DNA of 64,000 nucleotides from Bacteroidales bacterium (GCA_016714605.1 JADKDL010000049.1:50288-114287); one strand, 5' to 3'. Shown: positions 42,498 through 53,158, numbered from the stretch's first letter. Numbers and translations are program-made. The notes: generated by a model from the letters alone, not told the origin.

Positions 42498-42611
42498 TTT
42501 AATTTTCTAATTGAAATTTATTATATATGTTTATAATTATAATTCATTACCATAAAGAAAATAAAATTTTTACTTAAAAACTATAAATAAACTATATATT
42601 TTTAACTAATC

Positions 42612-43747
42612 ATGTGGAATAAAAATACAGTTATATATCAAATATTTGTAGACAGATTCAATGGTTTTTCAAATATAAACGATACTAATCCAGATTTTAT
42701 GGGCGGTAATCTGGATGGAATAATCTCGAAATTAGATTATTTGGTACAGTTGGGTATAAATTGTATTTGGCTTACTCCTATTTTCAACACTACTTCTTAT
42801 CATGGTTATCATGTAACTAACTATGAGGCTATTGATTCTCAATTTGGTTCTATAGAGTCACTACAACATTTAATTAAAATAGCCCATGAAAAAAACATAA
42901 AAATACTATTAGATTTTGTTCCCAATCACTGTTCTATCTACCATCCTTTTTTTGTAGATGCAATACAAAATAAAAATTCAAAATACATTAATTGGTTTCA
43001 TTTCACAGATTGGCCAAATAAGTACTTATCATTTTTGAGTTATAAAGAAATTCCAAAACTAAACTTAGAAAATCAAGAAACAGCAGAATATATAATAACG
43101 GTAGCAAAAAAATGGCTCAAATTAGGTATAGACGGCTACAGAATAGATCATGCAATAGGCATTAGCAAAGACTTTTGGAGAAATTTCTACAAAATAATTA
43201 AAGCCGATTTTCCAAATTGCCTATTAATTGCAGAAATTTGGGTTGACGGAATAGAAAAAAAAGATTTTGAAACAATAAAATTACCTTCGCCTGATGTTCT
43301 TACGAAAAAAGGTATTTCTCAAAAGAAAATACAAAAAGCATATCGCAATTGTTTCGATGGAATTATAGATTTCTATTTTCAGAAAAATTTAATCAATCAA
43401 CTACTTAACAAAACTATTGACGAAGCTTTTATAAAAAAAACGCATGAGTATTTAGATTCATATACACATAACTGTTCACCTATTCTATTCCTTGATAACC
43501 ATGATATGAATAGAATAAGTTATACATTAAAAACGACAAACAAAAAATTAAAACAGCACTTTCATTTATATTATCATTACCCTTTCCGGTAATAATATAC
43601 TATGGAACAGAGAGCGGAATTATACAAACAGCAAATGCAAAATCAAAATTACCTCATTCAGATATACATACAAGAAAAAATATGAATTGGGAAAATATTG
43701 ATAAAGAACTTTTCGATTATCTGGCAATACAAATTAAAAAAAGATAG
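42612..43747 (+). CDS. GH13 alpha-amylase-family glycosidase (cytoplasmic; no signal peptide); frame change in the A-runs 43542-43553
   Basis: GGNLDGIISKLDYLVQLGINCIWLTPIF, LDFVPNHCS, GIDGYRIDHA, LIAEIW, FLDNHDMNR. Frame 2 then reads KTALSFILSLPFPVIIYYGTESG, up to the stop at 43745-43747. Confidence 0.85.
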
Positions 43748-43854
43748 TTTAATCAAAAGTTCATTCACACAAATACACAAACTGAGATTAAAAAAAATAA
43801 AAATGTTAATCCAGATAATAAAAAAAATGATTAAAATTGCATAAAATATAGAAC

Positions 43855-43966
43855 ATGAAATACCCTATCATAAATAATCATCATTGCAATGAATTTACAT
43901 TTTGAAATTAAGAGTGCGGGTATCATAATATAATAACTTTATTAGGCTTGCTTTGCAGGCCTTTTT
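43855..43966 (+). promoter_or_regulatory. Candidate his leader: a 16-codon mini-ORF with a His-His pair, plus a terminator-like hairpin just upstream of hisG
   Basis: ATG 43855 gives MKYPIINNHHCNEFTF-stop (43903-43905). Hairpin AGGCTTGC-TTT-GCAGGCCT (43944-43962, one G-U pair) followed by TTTT, 22 nt before the hisG ATG. Confidence 0.25.
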
Positions 43967-43987
43967 AATTTGTATAAAAAAGAAATA

Positions 43988-44851
43988 ATGGAAGAGACAA
44001 TTGTAAAATTAGCAATTCAAAAAAGCGGCAGATTAAGTGAAAAAACTATCGAACTTTTAAAAGACTGTGGAATTAAATTCGTTTCCAATTCGAGTAGATT
44101 AAAAACACAAGCATTTAATTTTCCAATGGAGATACTCTTTTTGAGAGATGATGATATTCCTGGATATGTTGAAGATGGCGTTGCTGATTTTGGAATATTA
44201 GGCATGAATGAAATAGATGAAAAAGCGAAAGATGTAACTGTAGTTAAAAAACTCGGTTTCTCAAAATGTCGCCTATCTATTGCTGTTCCTAATGCTACCG
44301 AATATAGTTCGCCTAAATCTTTAGAGGGAAAAAAAATAGCAACTTCCTACCCTACAATACTTAAGAACTGGTTAAAATCGGTAAATGTAAATGCAGAAAT
44401 TCACGAAATTGGCGGTTCGGTAGAAATAGCTCCTACAATTGGTCTTACTGACGCAATCTGCGACATAGTAAGCACCGGAGGCACTCTTTTGAGCAACGGT
44501 CTGAAAGAGGTAGATCAAATATACAAATCAGAAGCTGCTCTAATTGTTAATAAAAACCTAAGCAAAGAAAAAAGTGCAATTCTTGAACGTTGGTTGCTAA
44601 GATTAGAAGCGGTTCAAGTAGCATCGAATAATAAATATATACTTATGAATGTACCAAATAGCGCCATTGAAAAAGTTTGTGCACTATTACCTGGTATAAA
44701 AAGTCCTACTATCATTCCGCTTAAAGATGAAGGTTGGAGTTCAGTACATTCTGTAATTAATGAAGATGATTTTTGGACACTTATAGAACAAGTAAAAGCA
44801 GCAGGTGCAGAAGGAATATTAGTTTGCCCAATAGAACAAATGATAAAATAA
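43988..44851 (+). CDS. hisG: ATP phosphoribosyltransferase (long form)
   Basis: LAIQKSGRLSEKT.ELLK.CGI...LRDDDIPGYVEDGVADFGI.G.N...DIVSTGGTL..NGL. Confidence 0.93.
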   Translation: MEETIVKLAIQKSGRLSEKTIELLKDCGIKFVSNSSRLKTQAFNFPMEILFLRDDDIPGYVEDGVADFGILGMNEIDEKAKDVTVVKKLGFSKCRLSIAVPNATEYSSPKSLEGKKIATSYPTILKNWLKSVNVNAEIHEIGGSVEIAPTIGLTDAICDIVSTGGTLLSNGLKEVDQIYKSEAALIVNKNLSKEKSAILERWLLRLEAVQVASNNKYILMNVPNSAIEKVCALLPGIKSPTIIPLKDEGWSSVHSVINEDDFWTLIEQVKAAGAEGILVCPIEQMIK

Positions 44852-44926
44852 ATCTCAATAAATATGGTTACATATTCAAAAATCACCTATTTTTGAATAT
44901 GTAATTTTACGCAACTTATCAATATT

Positions 44927-45379
44927 ATGGATACATCAATATTTTTTGAACCTTTTGTGATTTGGTTTTTTGTGGGAATTTTTTTATTGATCTGTGAACT
45001 TTTCATTCCCGGTTTGTTTATTGTTTTCTTTGGTGTAGGAGCATGTTTAACCTCACTATCATTATGGATGTTTGGTTTTTCATTTACAACACAATTAGTT
45101 GTTTTTCTTGTACTTTCCATAACGTTACTTCTCCTTTTAAGAAAATTTATAAAAGGCAAGTTCTTTCAGGAGAATAAAACAGAGAAACCATATAAAAATG
45201 ATGAGTTTACAGGAACCACCTTCGTATCAGATATAGATTTAGATAAAGGAGACCTAGGAAAAATTTCTTTTAATGGTTCACCGTGGAGTGCTATTAGCAC
45301 AGAAAACATCAAAAAAAATCAATTAATAGAAATTGTAGAAGTAAAAAATTTAACACTTATTATTAAACCTAAAAACTAG
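44927..45379 (+). CDS. NfeD family membrane protein
   Basis: Three TM helices plus a C-terminal OB-like segment (GDLGKISFNGSPWSAIS...IEIVEVKNLTLIIKP), directly upstream of an SPFH gene. Confidence 0.75.
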   Translation: MDTSIFFEPFVIWFFVGIFLLICELFIPGLFIVFFGVGACLTSLSLWMFGFSFTTQLVVFLVLSITLLLLLRKFIKGKFFQENKTEKPYKNDEFTGTTFVSDIDLDKGDLGKISFNGSPWSAISTENIKKNQLIEIVEVKNLTLIIKPKN

Positions 45380-45385
45380 AAAATT

Positions 45386-46312
45386 ATGTTTTCAGCAGAT
45401 TTTATTTTAATCGGACTTATCATAATTATTGGCATTATTTTTATTTCCAATATTAAAATAGTACCACAGAAACAAGCTTATATAATAGAGAGATTGGGAA
45501 AATATAATGACACTCTCATTGCAGGATTTAAAATTTTAGTTCCTTTTATTGACAAAGTAGCATATAAGCATACACTAAAAGAACAAGCTATTGATGTTGC
45601 ATCGCAAGTATGTATTACAAAAGATAATATTTCGGTAGAAGTAGACGGAGTTTTATACCTGCAAGTAATGGATCCACAAAAAGCTTCTTATGGAATTGAT
45701 AACTACAGATTCGCATCGATTCAAATAGCTCAAACCACTATGCGATCAGTAATTGGTAAACTAGAGCTCGACAGAACTTTTGAAGAAAGAGATATAATAA
45801 ATACATCAATTGTAGAGGCGGTAGATAAAGCAAGTGAACCTTGGGGAGTGAAAGTTACAAGATACGAAGTTAGAAACATAACCCCTCCGCAAAGCATAAA
45901 AGATGCAATGGAAAAACAAATGCGAGCAGAGAGAGAAAAAAGAGCAACAATAGCCGAGTCGGAAGGAGCAAAACAATCAAAAATAAACATAGCAGAAGGA
46001 GACAAACAAGAGCTAATAGCACGTTCTGAAGGAGAAAAACAAAGAAAAATAAATGAAGCCGAAGGTAAAGCAGCAGAAATAGAATCGGTTGCAATAGCTA
46101 CCGCTAATGGAATTAGAAAAATAGCAGAAGCAATAAACTCTCAAGGAGGAATGGATGCTGTTAATTTAAGAGTAGCAGAACAATATTTATCAGAGTTCGG
46201 AAAACTTGCAAAAACAAATAACTCAATGATTATTCCTGCTAATTTAGCCGATATTTCGAGCATTATAGCATCGGCTACAACTGTATTTGAAAAATCTAAA
46301 CTACATAGTTAA
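45386..46312 (+). CDS. SPFH/band 7 (stomatin/paraslipin-like) protein
   Basis: IKIVPQKQAYIIERLGKY...TKDN..V.VDGVLY.QV.DP..A.YGI.N......Q.AQTTMRSVIG...LD..FEER..IN, followed by a coiled-coil. Confidence 0.9.
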   Translation: MFSADFILIGLIIIIGIIFISNIKIVPQKQAYIIERLGKYNDTLIAGFKILVPFIDKVAYKHTLKEQAIDVASQVCITKDNISVEVDGVLYLQVMDPQKASYGIDNYRFASIQIAQTTMRSVIGKLELDRTFEERDIINTSIVEAVDKASEPWGVKVTRYEVRNITPPQSIKDAMEKQMRAEREKRATIAESEGAKQSKINIAEGDKQELIARSEGEKQRKINEAEGKAAEIESVAIATANGIRKIAEAINSQGGMDAVNLRVAEQYLSEFGKLAKTNNSMIIPANLADISSIIASATTVFEKSKLHS

Positions 46313-46331
46313 AATATTTTAATTGTACCGT

Positions 46332-46364
46332 AAAGCCACACCTTACGGTGTGGCTTTTTTTTTT
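46332..46364 (+). terminator. Strong terminator between the SPFH gene and hisD
   Basis: AAAGCCACACC (46332-46342), loop TTAC, GGTGTGGCTTT (46347-46357), with T residues continuing to 46364. Confidence 0.8.
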
Positions 46365-46392
46365 ACTTTTACATAAAATTTCAAATTGACAA

Positions 46393-47673
46393 ATGATAGC
46401 AATATTTAATAATCCTTCTAGAAACACTTGGGCAGAAATTGTGACAAGACCCTCAATTGAAAACAACGAACTAGAAACTACCGTTAAGAATATTTTGGAG
46501 AACGTAAAAGCCAATGGAGACAAGGCATTAATGCACTATATCAATACGTTCGACAATCCAAATCAGAAATCGCTTACAATTGAAACTGCTGAAATTGAAT
46601 CAGCAGAAAAAGAAATAGCAACAGAATTAAAAGAGGCGATAAAAAAAGCTGCCGAAAACATTAGAACTTTCCATTCTGCACAAAAAGAACCGGTACAAGT
46701 TATTGAATCTATGCAAGGTATCAAATGTTGGAGAAAAAGCATTGGAATAGAAAAAGTAGGTCTATATATACCGGGGGGTACTGCACCATTATTTTCAACT
46801 ATATTAATGTTGGCTATTCCGGCACAAATTGCCGAATGTAAAGAAATAATTCTTTGCACACCCGAAGGAAAAAATGGTAAAATACATCCGGCTATTCTTT
46901 ACACAGCTAATTATGTAGGCATAAAAAAAATATATAAAGTTGGAGGCGCACAAGCTATTGCCGCCATGGCTTTTGGAACTGAAACTATACCCAAAACATA
47001 TAAAATTTTTGGCCCGGGTAATCAATATGTGACAATGGCAAAAATGCTTGTAAATAAATCGGGCACAGCCATAGACATGCCAGCCGGTCCTAGTGAAGTA
47101 ATGATAGTAGCTGATAAAACAGCAAACCCTGAATTTATTGCCGCAGACATGCTTTCTCAATGCGAACATGGCAATGACAGTCAAGCCGTTCTCCTTACAG
47201 ACAGTTTGGAAATAGCTAATAAAACTATTACAGCTCTTGAAATGCAATTAAAAGCATTACCAAGAGAAATGTTTGCTTCAAATTCTTTAAAGAACAGCAA
47301 AATTATTATACTAAATTCAATATCAGAACAAATTGATTTTATGAATGAATATGCTGCCGAACACCTAATTTTATCGGTAGAAAATACAGACTATTTTGTG
47401 GATAATGTAATAAATGCAGGATCGGTGTTTATAGGTAATTACTCTCCCGAAAGTGTAGGAGACTACGCTTCGGGGACAAACCATACATTGCCTACAAATG
47501 GATATGCAAAGGCCTACAGCGGTGTTTCTTTAGATAGTTTTGTTAAGAAAATAACATTTCAGCATCTTACCCATGAAGGACTGGAAAACATAGCAAAAAC
47601 AGTTGAGATTATGGCAGAAGCCGAACAATTGGAAGCTCATAAAAATGCAGTATCAATAAGACTCAAAAAGTAA
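46393..47673 (+). CDS. hisD: Histidinol dehydrogenase
   Basis: Full-length 426 aa; IPGGTAPLFSTILMLAIPA, GGAQAIAAMAFGTE, SQCEHG, and a C-terminal EGLEAH-like motif. Confidence 0.95.
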   Translation: MIAIFNNPSRNTWAEIVTRPSIENNELETTVKNILENVKANGDKALMHYINTFDNPNQKSLTIETAEIESAEKEIATELKEAIKKAAENIRTFHSAQKEPVQVIESMQGIKCWRKSIGIEKVGLYIPGGTAPLFSTILMLAIPAQIAECKEIILCTPEGKNGKIHPAILYTANYVGIKKIYKVGGAQAIAAMAFGTETIPKTYKIFGPGNQYVTMAKMLVNKSGTAIDMPAGPSEVMIVADKTANPEFIAADMLSQCEHGNDSQAVLLTDSLEIANKTITALEMQLKALPREMFASNSLKNSKIIILNSISEQIDFMNEYAAEHLILSVENTDYFVDNVINAGSVFIGNYSPESVGDYASGTNHTLPTNGYAKAYSGVSLDSFVKKITFQHLTHEGLENIAKTVEIMAEAEQLEAHKNAVSIRLKK

Positions 47674-47693
47674 AACTTTTAAATATAATTGTC

Positions 47694-48761
47694 ATGTCAA
47701 AAAGAAAAAAATTAGATATAAATACACTCCTGAGAGAAAACATAAAAAACATAAAACCCTATGCCTCAGCACGCGATGAGTTTACCGGCGTAGCTCAAGT
47801 TTACCTAGACGCAAATGAGAATCCTTATGGATCAATTGATGGCTCTATGAACAACCGCTATCCTGATCCTTATCAAACAAATCTAAAACAGATAATTTCT
47901 CCAATAAAAAATATTCCTGTAAATCAAATCTTTTTAGGAAACGGAAGCGATGAAGCGATAGAACTTTTATTCAAAGCATTTTGTACACCCGGAAAAGATA
48001 AAACCATCATATCTTCACCTACTTATGGAATGTATCAGGTGTGTGCTGAAACAAATGATATCCAAATAATTGATATTAAACTAAAAGAAGGTTTTGAACT
48101 TGATGTTGATGCTATACTAGACATTCAAACCAAAGAAACAAAAATACTATGGGTTTGTACACCCAACAATCCATCGGGTAACGCATTTTTCACCTCTTCG
48201 ATTTACAAATTACTCGATAATTTTAATGGAATTGTAGTGTTAGATGAAGCTTATATAGATTTTTCTGATGAACCTTCATGGACAACCAATTTGCAATACT
48301 ATGATAATTTGGTTGTTTTACAAACATTTTCAAAAGCTTGGGGATTAGCAAATATAAGGTTGGGAATGATGTTCGCCTCAGAAGAGATTATCAAAATAAT
48401 AAATAAAATTAAAATGCCATATAACATTAATGGTCTTGTTCAGGATTATGCCATAAATGCTATAAAAAACGGTGAAGCTAAGAAAAACGAATACGTTTTA
48501 AATATTTTAGCAGAAAGGAAAAGGCTTGAAACAGAATTAATTAAACTTGCATGTGTTGAAAAAGTATTTAAGAGCGATGCAAATTTTCTATTAGTAAAAA
48601 CCACAGCCCCCAAAGAGATATATAGCTATCTTATTTCTAAAAGCATAGTTACCAGAGAACGTTCAAAATTACATCTGTGCGAAGGGGGTATTAGAATAAC
48701 TGTGGGAACTCCCCTTGAAAATGATATCTTATTAAAATCTTTAGCAGAATACAAAAATTAA
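47694..48761 (+). CDS. hisC: Histidinol-phosphate aminotransferase
   Basis: YLDANENPYG, NRYPDP, GNGSDE, PNNPSG, DEAYIDF, and TFSKAWGLANIRLG (PLP lysine). Confidence 0.93.
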   Translation: MSKRKKLDINTLLRENIKNIKPYASARDEFTGVAQVYLDANENPYGSIDGSMNNRYPDPYQTNLKQIISPIKNIPVNQIFLGNGSDEAIELLFKAFCTPGKDKTIISSPTYGMYQVCAETNDIQIIDIKLKEGFELDVDAILDIQTKETKILWVCTPNNPSGNAFFTSSIYKLLDNFNGIVVLDEAYIDFSDEPSWTTNLQYYDNLVVLQTFSKAWGLANIRLGMMFASEEIIKIINKIKMPYNINGLVQDYAINAIKNGEAKKNEYVLNILAERKRLETELIKLACVEKVFKSDANFLLVKTTAPKEIYSYLISKSIVTRERSKLHLCEGGIRITVGTPLENDILLKSLAEYKN

Positions 48762-48836
48762 TAGCAAATCATTTTTGCATTTGAAATAAAAAATACACTT
48801 TTGTAGAAAATCACCCAAAATAAACAACTTGTAATA

Positions 48837-50219
48837 ATGTCATTAATAAAATCAATATCAGGAATAAGAGGAACTATAGGAGGCAAAGCCGGAGAAGGTT
48901 TAAGTCCGATTGATACCGTAAAATTCACAGCAGCTTACGCAGCATATATTAAAAAAAATGTACCCCAAGCCAATAAAATAGTTGTTGGTAGAGATGCACG
49001 TATTTCAGGATTAATGATTGAAGGTCTTGTAGTGAACACCCTGATAGCTTGTGGCTTGAACGTAATAAAACTTGGTTTAGCGACCACACCTACAGTAGAA
49101 ATTGCTGTAACCGAAGAGAATGCAGATGGAGGAATAATCTTAACCGCCAGTCATAATCCAAAACAATGGAATGCACTAAAACTACTCAATGAAAAAGGTG
49201 AATTTATAAGTGCATCAGGAGGCGAGGAGATTTTAAGACTTGCTGAAAGCACAGAACTTACCTTTACCGATGTAGATACTTTAGGTAAAATAACTACGAA
49301 GCTTAACTACGAAGACAAACACATTGAGATGATTAAAAACCTCCCAATGGTTGATACAAAAGCAATTGCAGAAGCTAATTTTACAATTGTAATTGACTGT
49401 GTAAATTCAGTTGGCGGAATTGTTTTACCAAAATTATTGAAATCTATAGGAGTTAGAAATGTAATAGAACTGTTTTGCGAACCCAATGGTGAATTTCCGC
49501 ACAATCCGGAACCATTGCCCGAAAACCTTACTGAAATAGCCAATTACATTAAGAAAAACAAGGCAAACGTAGGTTTTGTAGTAGATCCTGATGTTGATAG
49601 ACTTGCAATAGTATGCGAAGACGGTAGCATGTTTGGTGAAGAGTATACCCTAGTATCGGTAGCCGATTATATATTACAAAATAAAAAGGGAAATACCGTA
49701 AGTAATCTCTCTTCGACCAGAGCATTGAACGATGTAACCGTAAAACATGGAGGCACTTACTATGCATCAGCAGTGGGTGAGGTAAATGTGGTTGAAATGA
49801 TGAAAACACAAAAAGCAGTAATAGGCGGAGAAGGTAATGGAGGTATCATATATCCGGAATTGCACTATGGCAGAGATGCTTTGGTTGGAATAGCACTTTT
49901 CTTAACTCATTTAGCTAAATCAGGAAAAAGCTGTAAAGATTTGAGAAATACTTATCCTAATTATTTCATTTCTAAAAATAAAATTGAACTCACTCCTTCC
50001 ATAAATGTAGATGCTATTCTTGAAACAATTGCAAAGAAATATGCTCACGAAAAAGTAAATACCATTGACGGAGTAAAAATTGATTTTGCAAATGAATGGG
50101 TACATCTCAGAAAATCAAATACAGAACCAATAATAAGAATCTATTCTGAAAGCCAAAATGAAGCTTCTGCTAATAATTTGGCGCAAAAAATAATAAATGA
50201 CATTAAATCAATTATTTAA
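48837..50219 (+). CDS. glmM: Phosphoglucosamine mutase (alpha-D-phosphohexomutase family, Bacteroidota type)
   Basis: SISGIRGTIGG, TASHNP (active-site Ser), DPDVDR, GGEGNGG. Confidence 0.8.
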   Translation: MSLIKSISGIRGTIGGKAGEGLSPIDTVKFTAAYAAYIKKNVPQANKIVVGRDARISGLMIEGLVVNTLIACGLNVIKLGLATTPTVEIAVTEENADGGIILTASHNPKQWNALKLLNEKGEFISASGGEEILRLAESTELTFTDVDTLGKITTKLNYEDKHIEMIKNLPMVDTKAIAEANFTIVIDCVNSVGGIVLPKLLKSIGVRNVIELFCEPNGEFPHNPEPLPENLTEIANYIKKNKANVGFVVDPDVDRLAIVCEDGSMFGEEYTLVSVADYILQNKKGNTVSNLSSTRALNDVTVKHGGTYYASAVGEVNVVEMMKTQKAVIGGEGNGGIIYPELHYGRDALVGIALFLTHLAKSGKSCKDLRNTYPNYFISKNKIELTPSINVDAILETIAKKYAHEKVNTIDGVKIDFANEWVHLRKSNTEPIIRIYSESQNEASANNLAQKIINDIKSII

Positions 50220-50559
50220 AAATTGATACTTATAGGCATCTTTATATACAAGCAATTTAAGATGCCTAAAACTTTTTAAGTAGGTAGAAACGAGAAGATT
50301 TCCCGTTTCTACCAATTACTTCACTCCACGGTATTTTCTGAATTTAGCAATTACAATTGCACATGAAAGTAAAAATGAGATTTATAGTTCACATTTATTT
50401 CGTAAGAACATAGGCAAACAAAAAAAGCTTTTTTACTTTTGGATAATCCAATCCTTAAAGCTACTTTAGAAGTCGAAATAAAACTGTTGAACAAGCATAA
50501 GGAAATAAGTTCTTATACCAATAGAATAAAATTCCTTAAAAAAATAAAAAACAAAAAAG

Positions 50560-50928
50560 ATGAAAAAAATAATAATTGGAACGAGCATCGGATTTATTAT
50601 TGGAGTTGCGCTTACAATTTTTGTCCTTAATTTCGTAATTGTAATTCAAATTCCGAAAGATCATATCCGAATTACCGTTAAAAATAATTCCAGCAATATT
50701 ATTAAAGAGCTTAAACTTATTCACGAAAAGGGTGAAAATAGTTTGAAATGGATAAAACAAGACCGAGAAATTACAAGTGTGTTTTATACAAGCGGCGAAA
50801 ATTCCTTTAAAATTAAAGTACTATTTGAGAACGATTCGGTGCTTATATCAAACGAAAAATACATAGAATCGGGGGCAGACATTACTCAGATAATTACAAA
50901 TGAAAAGATTACTGATGAAATTGAATAA
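50560..50928 (+). CDS. Small single-pass membrane protein, hypothetical
   Basis: MKKIIIGTSIGFIIGVALTIFVLNFVIV is a TM helix. No recognisable domain. A purine-rich stretch precedes the ATG. Confidence 0.4.
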   Translation: MKKIIIGTSIGFIIGVALTIFVLNFVIVIQIPKDHIRITVKNNSSNIIKELKLIHEKGENSLKWIKQDREITSVFYTSGENSFKIKVLFENDSVLISNEKYIESGADITQIITNEKITDEIE

Positions 50929-51037
50929 TATTTTTCATAACGATTATTTTGATTTACCTAAAAAGATAAGAATATTCTGATTCTGAAATTGAATTACGAA
51001 CTTTCAGTATATTAAAGATTTTTTGTAATTTTATTGC

Positions 51038-51504
51038 ATGAAACAAAGACTATATATTGATACTTCAGTTTTCGGAGGTTTCTTTGATGAAGAGTTTTCT
51101 GAGTTTACAAGACCTCTTTTCACAAGATTTCAGAAAGGCGATTTTAAACTCTTATACTCTACTATCACTCAAGAAGAATTAAGTTTTGCTCCGGAAAATG
51201 TTAGGGATTTGGTAAAGAGTATGAAAACAGAAATTACTGAGTTTATTGAAACAACTGACGATGCTATTGATTTAGCAACACAATATATTTCAGAAAAAGT
51301 TGTTGGACAAACAAGTTTTGATGATTGTTTACATATTACTCTTGCCACTATCAATAGGGCAGACTTTTTAGTAAGTTGGAATTTTAAGCATATTGTTAAT
51401 GTACAAAGAATTCAAGGTTATAATTCATAAATAATAAGAATGGTTACAAACAATTAGAAATTCGTTCACCAAGAGATTTTATGACTTATGAAGACAACAA
51501 TTGA
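51038..51504 (+). CDS. PIN-domain (VapC-like) ribonuclease toxin; frame change near 51426-51428
   Basis: LYIDTSVFGG (first acidic residue), EE..., DDCLHITLA, LVSWNFKHI. Frame 1 continues INNKNGYKQLEIRSPRDF, a normal family C-terminus, with the stop at 51502-51504. Confidence 0.7.
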
Positions 51505-51643
51505 AAAAACTTTTGACTCGGTTAAATTTATGCGTGAACAGAGAGACCGATTGAGTAAAAAATTATCTTCGATGACTAAGGAAGAAATCGTTGAGTATTT
51601 CAAAAAACGCAAGACTGAAGATTCCACAAAACCAAGTGCTTAA
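51488..51643 (+). CDS. 51-aa charged mini-protein overlapping the PIN gene end; candidate antitoxin or partner
   Basis: ATG 51488 gives MKTTIEKTFDSVKFMREQRDRLSKKLSSMTKEEIVEYFKKRKTEDSTKPSA-stop (51641-51643). It overlaps the PIN gene by 17 nt in another frame and is absent from the ORF track because it is shorter than 60 aa. Confidence 0.45.
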   Translation: MKTTIEKTFDSVKFMREQRDRLSKKLSSMTKEEIVEYFKKRKTEDSTKPSA

Positions 51644-51760
51644 TATAACAGCCATAAAGCACATTGTTTTTGTTTTGTGTTTTTCTATATGAGTTAATGA
51701 AAAATACGCTATAAATGTCTGCACTAAATAAAGTACAGATAACTTAAAAATTTATTTTTT

Positions 51761-52282
51761 ATGACAACACTAGATTTTCTCAAAAAACAAGTAATTGAAA
51801 CGAGAAGTTTCACCAAAAGAATGATTTCTGAAATGCCTGAAGATTTATGGTATGAAATTCCTGAAAACACAAACTCGAATTTTGCTTGGCAAATTGGACA
51901 TATCTTTCTAGCACAAAACTACCATATAATTTCATGTGCATTCGGTAGAGAACCGAGAATATTTGAAAAAATCCCGGTACAATCTTTTGCTAAAGTTTTC
52001 GGAGGATTAGGTAGTATTCAACGCTTTGTTGATAAAGATTTCGTGTCAACCTCAGAGCTAAAAGATAATTTCGATTTTGTTTTCGATTTGTGCATACAGA
52101 AACTTGAAACAGCAAATGACGATATCTTGAGCGAAAATTTAGAACCTACTCCATTTAAAAACCCAATTGCAAAAAATAAATATGATGCAATATCATGGAG
52201 TTTCAAACATGAAATGTGGCATTGTGCTGAAATGGAACAAATTAAAATAAAACTTGGCAAACAATTCAAATGGATAAATTAA
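51761..52282 (+). CDS. DinB-superfamily protein
   Basis: A four-helix-bundle-type His triad pattern (WQIGHI...; WSFKHEMWHCAEM). Confidence 0.6.
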   Translation: MTTLDFLKKQVIETRSFTKRMISEMPEDLWYEIPENTNSNFAWQIGHIFLAQNYHIISCAFGREPRIFEKIPVQSFAKVFGGLGSIQRFVDKDFVSTSELKDNFDFVFDLCIQKLETANDDILSENLEPTPFKNPIAKNKYDAISWSFKHEMWHCAEMEQIKIKLGKQFKWIN

Positions 52283-52373
52283 AAAGTCAGGATTCGTCTG
52301 ATTCGTCATTTTTCAAGCAAAATATATTTAAGATTGAGTAATCCAATATATTTCAATCAACTCAAAACTAAAA

Positions 52374-52415
52374 ATATCGTTTAGTAATTAAAGATTTGTC
52401 TAAACGATATTTTTT
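52374..52415. terminator. Bidirectional terminator between the DinB gene and the thioesterase gene
   Basis: A perfect 11-bp stem, ATATCGTTTAG (52374-52384) with CTAAACGATAT (52400-52410), with an A-run before and a T-run after. Confidence 0.7.
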
Positions 52416-52419
52416 GTAA

Positions 52420-52860
52420 TCAACTCTTTTTTAAACTTTTTGCTTCTTCACATAAAGCAATATCAGCATCTGTAATCGGTTTTATTTCAATATTATGAGC
52501 CAAAGGTTTTGTATTTTCGTCAACATTGATAAATGTAATAAAACCACTAACCAAAGGCTCCCCTTCTACTTCTTTTGAAACTTCGATATAAGAAACCAAA
52601 CTACTTTTACCCGCATAAACAATCTTTGATGTGAATTTTAAGATTTGTCCTGGTCGTACCGGTTTGGTAAAATACATTCCATGAATTTTTAAACAAACCA
52701 CTCCTTTGGGGTTGACAATTACCGCGGCAGAAATAAATCCAGCCTCAACAAACCATTCAGCAGTCCTTCCAGCAAACAAAGTACCGTGATGATTCAAATC
52801 TTCGCTTTTCACCAGCCTTGTAGTATAAACCACTTTAGGCTCTATTATATTTTTTTCCAT
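52420..52860 (-). CDS. Acyl-CoA thioesterase (hotdog fold, YciA-like)
   Basis: LNHHGTLFAGRTAEWFVEAGFISAA...KIHGMYFTKPVRPGQIL. Confidence 0.75.
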   Translation of the reverse strand: MEKNIIEPKVVYTTRLVKSEDLNHHGTLFAGRTAEWFVEAGFISAAVIVNPKGVVCLKIHGMYFTKPVRPGQILKFTSKIVYAGKSSLVSYIEVSKEVEGEPLVSGFITFINVDENTKPLAHNIEIKPITDADIALCEEAKSLKKS

Positions 52861-53158
52861 TGTTGTGTAAATATTATATTTAGTCTGTAAATGTAATGAT
52901 ATGTATTTTCAAAATTACAGAAAAACAATACTTTAATATTTTTTTTATTAAAATCTGGAAATATATTTCTCTATGTTTTTAATACTTTCTATAAACTTAA
53001 ACAAGTATTAAACAACAATCTCAGACCATATAGGACATATCTCATATGAAAATATTAACTTCAAAATGGAATACTTCTTCTTAAAACAAACCAGAGGTCT
53101 TGAATACTTCGCGAAGCGAGGATGTTTCGACAAACGGAGGCAAACCTTAACTGCACAG

